This document shows positions 57,427-64,000 of a DNA stretch of 64,000 nt, piece after piece; positions within the stretch are counted from its first letter, which is position 1, and every line of letters starts with the position of its first letter. The DNA comes from an uncultured Gammaproteobacteria bacterium. Its GTDB lineage: Bacteria > Patescibacteriota > Patescibacteriia > S139-126. The stretch lies in assembly GCA_964620905.1 (NCBI GenBank), contig CAZUKA010000002.1:25496-89495 (forward strand). Direction: 5' to 3'. The notes beneath the pieces were generated by a model. That model was not told the DNA's origin. It saw nothing but the letters and a program-made list of their open reading frames with translations, and did no database searches. The translations under genes and the position numbers were made by a program.

Positions 57427-57484
57427 AAAACCGCCCCCTCTCGGAGCGGTTTTTTCTATGTCAAAATATGTAAAATGGGGTGGC
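57427..57484 (+). repeat. Terminal junction: type-A left arm joined to the intact tRNA-His 3' end
   Basis: CCGCCCCCTCTCGGAGCGGTTTTTTCTATGTCAAAATATGTAAAATGGGGTGGC then the tRNA body. Confidence 0.92.
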
Positions 57485-57550
57485 TAGAGGGAGTCGAACC
57501 CTCGCCAGCGGGACCACAACCCGCTGTTCTACCGTTAAACTATAGCCACC
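57476..57550 (-). tRNA. tRNA-His(GUG)
   Basis: G-1, GTGGCTA/TAGCCAC acceptor stem, anticodon arm GCGGG-TTGTGGT-CCCGC, GGTTCGA T-loop, encoded CCA. Confidence 0.97.
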
Positions 57551-57585
57551 ATGATAGGTTAGTATAAAGTAAAAAGTCGCAAGTA

Positions 57586-57885
57586 TCAAGCAGAGGGAGA
57601 ATTTTTTTGTTTTGATTTTTTATTTGTTAGTTTACCAATTAGCAGAATTAGTAAATATATAGTTGTTGTCCCTATTAAGCCTGCTAGTGAAGCTGATAGA
57701 TATTTATTGTTTATTCCCATGATTTGGTAATCAGGCATCAAGGAAACATAGTTTGTTTGTGGCCATGACAGACCAATAAATTCAGCACTTACTTCCAAAC
57801 CATCAGGATTGCCGGAAGCAAAAAGTGATAAACCACCAGCTATCAGTAGAGCAACTACAAAAAGAATTGTCCATTTATTTTTCAT
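57586..57885 (-). CDS. PDGLE-domain protein (CbiN/NikN-like)
   Basis: FAS.NPDGLE...MPDY and two TM helices. Confidence 0.88.
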   Translation of the reverse strand: MKNKWTILFVVALLIAGGLSLFASGNPDGLEVSAEFIGLSWPQTNYVSLMPDYQIMGINNKYLSASLAGLIGTTTIYLLILLIGKLTNKKSKQKNSPSA

Positions 57886-58585
57886 TGTTTTTGATCCACA
57901 AGTTATATTTGTATTTTGCTAGTAAGAATATAATTAGCAGTGTAATTAAACCTTCACTCAAACCAATTAGTGTGTGATATTTCAACATAACCGGCACAAC
58001 TAGACCAAATTTTGTAGTTCCCGAAATTACCATGACCAAAGAAGTGCCCAGAGCTGCCAGTAAAACTGATGTTAAGGAGCTGATAAAAATTTTTCCATAA
58101 AAGAATTTTTTATTTTTTAAAATTAAATTTATACCATAAGTGGTCAAAACTGTAAGGAGACTCATATTGAAAATATTTGCTCCCAAGGCGAGCAATCCAC
58201 CGTCAGCAAAAAATATTGCTTGGATCGCGATTACTAAAGACATCGCAATAATGGCCAGCCAAGGACCTAAAATAAAAAAAGCCAGTGCTCCACCCACAAA
58301 ATGTCCGCTAGTCCCGTCAGCAATGGGAAAGTTTACCATTTGTAAGGCAAAAATTAGAGCTGCTACCGAGGCAGCGGAATAAATTTTTTCTTTGCCAGTA
58401 TCTGTGAGTTGTACTGTTTCTTGACTAGAAGTTTGTGGCTCAGTGGCAAGTTGACCAGAAAAAATTTTTACTTTTTTTAGTATCCCAGTTTTTACTTTAG
58501 CTAAAGCTAGTGAAAATGCACCAATCGCTGCACCAAACAGTGCCGAAGCTGTACCTGGGTTTAAAAAATCATTGGGAAGATGCAT
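57875..58585 (-). CDS. cbiM: ECF-type Co/Ni substrate component CbiM/NikM
   Basis: MHLP N-terminus, FALQM.NFP...GTSGH, QA..FADGG..ALGAN and H..IG..E motifs. Confidence 0.9.
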   Translation of the reverse strand: MHLPNDFLNPGTASALFGAAIGAFSLALAKVKTGILKKVKIFSGQLATEPQTSSQETVQLTDTGKEKIYSAASVAALIFALQMVNFPIADGTSGHFVGGALAFFILGPWLAIIAMSLVIAIQAIFFADGGLLALGANIFNMSLLTVLTTYGINLILKNKKFFYGKIFISSLTSVLLAALGTSLVMVISGTTKFGLVVPVMLKYHTLIGLSEGLITLLIIFLLAKYKYNLWIKNNEK

Positions 58586-58725
58586 TAATTTAAATTATTA
58601 ATTACTAAATTTAAATTACTAATCAATTACAAATTATAAATTTTTAAATTTTATTTTTAGATAAAAATTAGTTATTAGTACTTTAATTTTATAATTTCAC
58701 TTCTTAATTCGTAATTCTAATTATC

Positions 58726-58800
58726 TGGTGCCCCGACCAGGACTCGAACCTGGATCTAGAGCTTAGAAGGCTCCTATTCTATCCCTTGAACTATCGGGGC
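58726..58800 (-). tRNA. tRNA-Arg(UCU)
   Basis: GCCCCGA/TCGGGGC acceptor stem, anticodon loop CTTCTAA, GGTTCGAG, encoded CCA. Confidence 0.97.
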
Positions 58801-58874
58801 TAAACTTTATAAAAATATCTAATAATTGAAGAAAGGTCAATAATGAATCAGAATTAGGAATTAAGAATTAGGAA

Positions 58875-59852
58875 TTAAGGTTTTTTTCTATGATGGAAAT
58901 TTTTGTGAATTTCTTTGAGTTGGCGATTGGTAATGTGCGTATAAATTTGGGTAGTAGTGATAGAAGCGTGTCCGAGCATAGCCTGCACTGATCTGATATC
59001 AGCCCCGTTTTGCAAAAGATCAGTGGCAAAGGAATGTCGGAGTGTATGAGGGGTGACTTTTTTGGTGATACCAGCAGCTTTACTATAAAATTTAATAAGT
59101 CTTTCCACGCTTCTTGGTGTCAGAGCGTGGACAACTTTATTATCCTTTTTCAATCTTTTATTTTTGGCTCGATCGTGTCCGACAAAAAGCGATGGATCAA
59201 CATCTTGTCTCTTGTCCAGGTAAGTTCGCAGGGAATTTTTGGCATTGTCAGACAAAAAGACCAAACGATTTTTACCGCCTTTACCTGTTACGGTAAATTC
59301 GTCTTTTTTTAAATTGATTTGTTCACGGGTTAGATTGGTGAGTTCAGACACGCGCAGTCCGGTTGAAAAAAGCATTTCCAAAATCGCTTTATCGCGATAA
59401 CGAATGATTTCATTTTGTTCCAATTTTATTGGCGCATTGAGTAGTCTCTCCAAATCATCACCTTCGAGGAAGTCAACTTCTCTTTCTGGTTGTTTTGCCA
59501 GTTCAATCTTTTCTGACGCTAGTGTCTTAATGTCTTGCTTGGCTAGATATTTTAAAAAAGTTCGCAATGCGATAAGATGATAGTTTTGAGTTGATTTTTT
59601 CAACGGTTTTCCTTGTTTGTCGGTTTGACGATTGAGCCAAAGACGAAACTGTTTTATTTTGTGTAAAGTTATATCAGCTGGTTTAAGGTTTTTTTTACCC
59701 AACCAGGAAAAAAATCTCAATAAATAAAAACTATAATTTCTAATTGTGCGTAATGACCGTCCCTTTTCAATTTCCAAATAGTTTAAAAAATCTTTGGCCC
59801 ACCGACCCAAAGAATTAAAACTGTCCAGTTTTTTGATAGCGTTGTCTGACAT
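58875..59852 (-). CDS. XerC/XerD-type tyrosine recombinase
   Basis: RDKAILEMLFSTGLRVSEL, GKG.K.R, TPHTLRHSFATDLL and LGHASITTTQIYTH motifs. Confidence 0.95.
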   Translation of the reverse strand: MSDNAIKKLDSFNSLGRWAKDFLNYLEIEKGRSLRTIRNYSFYLLRFFSWLGKKNLKPADITLHKIKQFRLWLNRQTDKQGKPLKKSTQNYHLIALRTFLKYLAKQDIKTLASEKIELAKQPEREVDFLEGDDLERLLNAPIKLEQNEIIRYRDKAILEMLFSTGLRVSELTNLTREQINLKKDEFTVTGKGGKNRLVFLSDNAKNSLRTYLDKRQDVDPSLFVGHDRAKNKRLKKDNKVVHALTPRSVERLIKFYSKAAGITKKVTPHTLRHSFATDLLQNGADIRSVQAMLGHASITTTQIYTHITNRQLKEIHKNFHHRKKP

Positions 59853-60094
59853 AAGGTAAATTTATTTTACGACACCAAAGTAAATAATGCAAATTAATTA
59901 GAATATAAAATATTGAATCTCAAATTTAAAATTTTAAATTTTAAATTTATAATTATCTTTTGACGCTTGTCAAAAAATAATATTTATGTTAGAATAAGCC
60001 TGCTCTATTATTTTAAGGAGCAGATTAATAAGTAATTACGATTTTCTTGGTTTGAGGTTTTTCCTTTTACTATGAAAATCGCGAAAGGATTTAT

Positions 60095-60451
60095 ATGTTG
60101 GATAAGAAAAAAAAGGAGGAGATAATAAAGAAATATCGTACTCACAAAAGTGATACTGGTTCTAGTGAGGTACAGATAGCTATTTTGACAGCCGAAATTG
60201 AAGATCTTACTAAACATTTAAAAAAACACAAGAAAGATCATTCTTCCCGTCGAGGTTTAATCAAAAAAGTCATCCAACGCAAGCGTTTGTTGCGTTATTT
60301 GGAAAAGGAAAATCAGGAAAGTTTCAGCAAGCTGTGCAAGAAATTGGGTATCAAAATGACACCATTAACCACAGCTGAAGAAGAGGAAGACTTTTTGAAA
60401 ACCGTGGAAGAAGAGGAGACAGAAACAGAGCCAGTTAATGAAGAAGAATAA
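60095..60451 (+). CDS. rpsO: 30S ribosomal protein S15 with acidic C-terminal extension
   Basis: DTGSSEVQIAILT and HKKDHSSRRGL motifs. Confidence 0.98.
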   Translation: MLDKKKKEEIIKKYRTHKSDTGSSEVQIAILTAEIEDLTKHLKKHKKDHSSRRGLIKKVIQRKRLLRYLEKENQESFSKLCKKLGIKMTPLTTAEEEEDFLKTVEEEETETEPVNEEE

Positions 60452-60462
60452 ATTTTAGTTTT

Positions 60463-60969
60463 ATGAAAAACACAGAGCAACGAGTGGCGATTTTAGTGGA
60501 TGTGGCCAATATGTATCATTCGGCTAAAAGTTTGTATCACAGCCGGGTGAATTTTCAAGAAATATTGAAAGCCGCTGTGGCTGAGCGTAAATTGGTGCGA
60601 GCGATCGCCTATGTAGTGCAATCATATAGTCCAGAAGAAAAAAATTTTTTTGAAGCTTTGGATAAACAGGGTTTTGCCATCAAGATAAAAGATTTACAGG
60701 TTTTTCCAGGGGGAATGAAAAAAGGTGATTGGGATGTAGGATTGACTATTGATGCGGTAAAATTTGCTTCCCGAGTCGATGTGATAGTTTTGGTAACTGG
60801 TGATGGCGATTATGAACCATTGGTTGAGTATTTACAAAATCAGGGTGTGCAAGTGGAAGTAGTGGCTTTTGGTCAAAGCGCTTCGCAACGATTGATTGAT
60901 CGGGCTGATATTTTTTTGGATATCTCTTCTCAAGTTAAGAAGTATCTGATCTTGAGAAAAGGAAAATAA
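60463..60969 (+). CDS. NYN domain (LabA/DUF88) nuclease-like protein
   Basis: VDVANMY, KGDWDVG..ID and GDGDY.PLV motifs. Confidence 0.92.
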   Translation: MKNTEQRVAILVDVANMYHSAKSLYHSRVNFQEILKAAVAERKLVRAIAYVVQSYSPEEKNFFEALDKQGFAIKIKDLQVFPGGMKKGDWDVGLTIDAVKFASRVDVIVLVTGDGDYEPLVEYLQNQGVQVEVVAFGQSASQRLIDRADIFLDISSQVKKYLILRKGK

Positions 60970-61000
60970 TTTAATAAATTAATATTTGATCGAAAGATAG

Positions 61001-61082
61001 TTAGGCAGTCAGAGGTTATTTGAAGCATTTTGAAAATCACCATTTTTCAGAATAGTTCAAATAACTCAAGTAATTTGCCTAA
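61001..61082 (+). promoter_or_regulatory. Long stem-loop in the pnp leader
   Basis: TTAGGCA/TGCCTAA, GTTATTTGAA/TTCAAATAAC and TGAAAA/TTTTCA nested stems. Confidence 0.7.
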
Positions 61083-61111
61083 TATTTTTGGTCAATAAGA
61101 AAGGCAAAAAT

Positions 61112-63319
61112 ATGCGACAAAATTTTGAGACCGAATGGGCCGGTCGCAATTTGTATGTGGAAGTCGGCAAGTTAGCCGGACAAGCACATGGTGCTTGCAC
61201 AGTACGATATGGTGACACAGTGGTTTTAGCCACTGTGGTGCGCGGTGCCCAACCGCGAGAGGGAGTGGATTATTTCCCCTTGATGGTTGATTACGAAGAG
61301 AAAATGTATGCCGCGGGCAAGATAAAAGGATCACGTTTTATCAAACGTGAAGGCCGTGCGTCTGACGAAGCGGTACTAACTGCGCGTTTGATTGATCGCT
61401 CAATCAGACCTTTATTTAAGGAAACTGAACGTAAAGATGTTCAGGTAGTTTTGACCATATTATCAGTGGACAATGAAAATGATCCTGATGTACCTTCGTT
61501 GTTGGCAGCGGCTATTGCTTTACATATTTCTAGTGTACCTTGGAGCGGCCCGGTTGCTGGATTACGGATTGGACGTATTAACAATGAGTGGGTTCTGAAT
61601 CCAACTTATCAAGCACGGGAAAAATCCGAATTGGATTTGGTTTTAGTTGGTACCAATGAGGAAGTGGTGATGATCGAAGCTGGGGCTAAACAGGTGTCGG
61701 AAGAAGTGATGATTGAAGCACTGGAATTTGGTCATAAACATATAAAAAAGATTTTTCCTTTTTTTGATCAAATTAGAACAGCAGTGGGACGACCAAAAGA
61801 CGAAGAAGCACCAGTGAGCGAAGAAGTACAAAAAGAAAATAAGTTGATTGAGGACAAGGTAAATAAATTTTTACAGGCAGCCGATCTTAATAAGCTTTTT
61901 CCTTATCAATCAAAAATTGAGTATGCACAAAAAGTGCAGAGTTTAGAAGAAAAGTTAAACGAAGTTTTAAAAGCTGACAATGAAGTTTCCAAAGAAATGC
62001 GCAGTCGAGGGTTGGCTAAATTTTTATTGTATTTGGAAGCAGCGGCTAGAGATTTTGTTTTACAAAATAATCAGCGAGTTGACGGACGGGCGCTTGATGA
62101 AGTGAGAAAATTGGACGTGGAAGTTGGTTTGCTACCCCGTACCCATGGTAGCGGTTTGTTTACGCGCGGTGAGACCCAAGTCTTATCAGTCGTGACTTTA
62201 GGCGCACCGGGTGATGAGCAACTACTTGATACTATGGAGATGGAGGGTAAAAAACGCTATATGCATCATTATAATTTTCCACCTTTTAGTGTTGGTGAAA
62301 TATCCCCAATGCGTGGTCCCGGACGACGAGAGATTGGTCATGGGGCTTTAGCGGAAAAGGCACTGGAACCAGTTATTCCCAATAAAGAAGTTTTTCCTTA
62401 TACTATCAGGGTTGTTTCTGAGGTTTTATCTTCCAATGGCTCTTCTTCCCAGGCTTCAGTTTGTGGTTCAACTTTGGCTTTGATGGATGCGGGTGTACCA
62501 ATTATTGCGCCAGTTGCGGGTATTGCCATTGGGATGATGTCAAATCCAAAGGACAAAAATGATTATCGGATTTTGACTGATATACAAGGGGTAGAAGACC
62601 ATGCTGGTGATATGGATTTTAAAGTATCGGGTACCACTCAGGGCATAACTGCCATTCAACTAGATATTAAATTAGGTGGTATTAGTTATCAGGTCTGTCG
62701 CGAAGCAATTAGCCAAGCAAGATCAGCTCGTTTGCAGATACTTTCAAAAATGGCAGAAGTCATCCCAGTTCACCGTAGTGAATTATCACCTTATGCACCG
62801 CGGATAGTTACAATTAAAATTAGCCCTGACAAGATAAGAGAAGTGATCGGCACCGGTGGCAAAGTTATCAATGAAATTATTGATCAGACCGGTACCACGA
62901 TTGATATTGAACAGGATGGCACAGTGCTGGTGACTGGCAATGATCCAGTCCAAGTAAAAAAAGCAGTGGAATGGATACAAAATATTGTGCGTGAAGTAGA
63001 AGTGGGTGAAATTTTTGAAGGAACAGTTACTAGACTTATGGATTTTGGCGCTTTTGTTCAAATTTTACCTGGTAAAGAGGGAATGGTGCACATTAGTGAG
63101 TTAGAATGGCATCGGGTCAATACGGTTGAAGATGTTCTCCAGGTTGGAGATCAGGTCAAGGTAAAAGTAATTGAAATAGATGACCTAGGTAGAATAAATC
63201 TGTCGCGCAAGGTGTTGTTACCAAAACCGGAAGGATTTGTTGAATTGCCGCCGCGTACTTCTAGACCAGCTCGTCCACCCCAAAGATCAAACCGACATAA
63301 TAATAATTATCGTCGTTAA
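61112..63319 (+). CDS. pnp: Polyribonucleotide nucleotidyltransferase
   Basis: RLIDRSIRP, RRE.GHG, SNGSSS and GDMDFK motifs, KH and S1 domains. Confidence 0.99.
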   Translation: MRQNFETEWAGRNLYVEVGKLAGQAHGACTVRYGDTVVLATVVRGAQPREGVDYFPLMVDYEEKMYAAGKIKGSRFIKREGRASDEAVLTARLIDRSIRPLFKETERKDVQVVLTILSVDNENDPDVPSLLAAAIALHISSVPWSGPVAGLRIGRINNEWVLNPTYQAREKSELDLVLVGTNEEVVMIEAGAKQVSEEVMIEALEFGHKHIKKIFPFFDQIRTAVGRPKDEEAPVSEEVQKENKLIEDKVNKFLQAADLNKLFPYQSKIEYAQKVQSLEEKLNEVLKADNEVSKEMRSRGLAKFLLYLEAAARDFVLQNNQRVDGRALDEVRKLDVEVGLLPRTHGSGLFTRGETQVLSVVTLGAPGDEQLLDTMEMEGKKRYMHHYNFPPFSVGEISPMRGPGRREIGHGALAEKALEPVIPNKEVFPYTIRVVSEVLSSNGSSSQASVCGSTLALMDAGVPIIAPVAGIAIGMMSNPKDKNDYRILTDIQGVEDHAGDMDFKVSGTTQGITAIQLDIKLGGISYQVCREAISQARSARLQILSKMAEVIPVHRSELSPYAPRIVTIKISPDKIREVIGTGGKVINEIIDQTGTTIDIEQDGTVLVTGNDPVQVKKAVEWIQNIVREVEVGEIFEGTVTRLMDFGAFVQILPGKEGMVHISELEWHRVNTVEDVLQVGDQVKVKVIEIDDLGRINLSRKVLLPKPEGFVELPPRTSRPARPPQRSNRHNNNYRR

Positions 63320-63325
63320 CACTAC

Positions 63326-63359
63326 AAAAACTGCCCAGAGAAAAAGATGGGCAGTTTTT
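63326..63359 (+). terminator. Intrinsic terminator after pnp
   Basis: AAAAACTGCCCA-loop-TGGGCAGTTTTT. Confidence 0.85.
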
Positions 63360-63373
63360 GCTATAATACATAT

Positions 63374-64000
63374 ATGTTGAGTAGTGAAAAAAACAAAAAT
63401 TGGCAGAGATGGTTGTTGGCAATTTTGGTTGGTTTACTGGTGGTGTTTGGTTTAGTAACTATTGTATTTGAGGAGTGGACAATCAATCTTGATAATATCG
63501 TCAATATCTTGCCTGCTGAACCGGTGGTATTTTACATGCATTTTGATCAACGAATAGATGAAGAAAAAAATTGGTCGTCAGCGCCAGCAGTTTTAAAAGA
63601 TTATTTTAGCCAACAGTTGTCAGCCGATCTTATGCCGATTGAACTGGTAAATAAAATAGCCACTCCAGAATATGCTCTGGCGGTTTTTGCGGAAAATGAT
63701 CAGTTACTTTCAGCCTGGATTATGTTTTGGCCAAAAACAGATATTCCAGCCAGTTTGTTTGATTACCAGTTTGCTACTAGTGGTCCGTGGTTAATAGTCA
63801 GTCCAGCTGCCAGTAAAATTAAGCAAAATTATTTTCAAACCAACTGGCCGGATAATAAATTATCCACAAAAGTATGGCCAAAATTTACACGTCCCACCAC
63901 CCCGATTTATTTATATGCTGATACTGATCGTTTGCCAAGAATTAACCAAACGTTCAATTTAACAGGTGCTTGGCGTTTGGAAGTATTTCCTGGCCAGATG
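63374..64000 (+). CDS. Membrane-anchored hypothetical protein, truncated by window end
   Basis: Starts MLSSEKNKNWQRWLLAILVGLLVVFGLV (TM); appears to run to the window edge. Confidence 0.55.
   Translation, partial: MLSSEKNKNWQRWLLAILVGLLVVFGLVTIVFEEWTINLDNIVNILPAEPVVFYMHFDQRIDEEKNWSSAPAVLKDYFSQQLSADLMPIELVNKIATPEYALAVFAENDQLLSAWIMFWPKTDIPASLFDYQFATSGPWLIVSPAASKIKQNYFQTNWPDNKLSTKVWPKFTRPTTPIYLYADTDRLPRINQTFNLTGAWRLEVFPGQM

Larger units (their letters stand above)
44476..57484. mobile_element. tRNA-His-anchored tandem cassette island without an internal integrase
   Basis: Repeated junctions carrying ATGGGGTGGC (antisense of the tRNA-His 3' end) separate 1-few-gene cassettes; left boundary inferred from a degenerate junction. 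Confidence 0.75.

Noticed and set aside
48172-57484. CRISPR array interpretation of the recurring repeats
   Set aside because: Repeats are 60-240 bp composites separated by whole genes of variable length; no cas genes are present
58590-58875. AT-rich short-period repeats (AATTAC; GAATTAG/GAATTAA), also at 15725-15855
   Set aside because: Low-complexity, imperfect intergenic sequence with no unit/spacer structure I can support
48172-59852. Classical integron (attC/IntI)
   Set aside because: No RYYYAAC...GTTRRRY attC structure was seen, the core is tRNA-derived, and the nearby recombinase looks like plain Xer without an obvious IntI insertion
1163-63061. Many short ORFs antisense to or nested in housekeeping genes
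   Set aside because: Shadow ORFs of well-supported genes with no recognisable motifs
13433-64000. A second DGR variable repeat among the cassette or surface genes
   Set aside because: No further match to the TR was seen by eye; an alignment search is needed to exclude it fully

Overview
Low-GC bacterial chromosome segment (genetic code 11). Gene content and style suggest Patescibacteria/CPR, Parcubacteria-like; this is an inference. The backbone is housekeeping: pmm, murI, ftsK, recA, efp, rpsF-ssb-rpsR, ychF, ddl, glyA, plsY, xer, rpsO, pnp, tRNA-His and tRNA-Arg. Three things stand out. (1) A complete diversity-generating retroelement at 10.9-13.4 kb: target/VR, TR, inverted avd and RT, with 15 VR/TR mismatches all at TR adenines. 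Its RT and Avd genes overlap head-to-head across one G10 tract; removing one G puts both ATG starts in frame at once, a candidate shared phase-variation switch. (2) A ~13 kb array of small gene cassettes (44.5-57.5 kb) stacked against the 3' end of tRNA-His. Junction repeats contain a terminator, a copy of the tRNA 3' end, a short conserved coding tail and often a promoter; no integrase lies inside the array. (3) A divergent Elp3 / Trm9(ALKBH8)-like pair with start codons 3 bp apart, suggesting eukaryote/archaea-type mcm5U34 tRNA modification. All product calls come from motif recognition by eye; no database searches were run.
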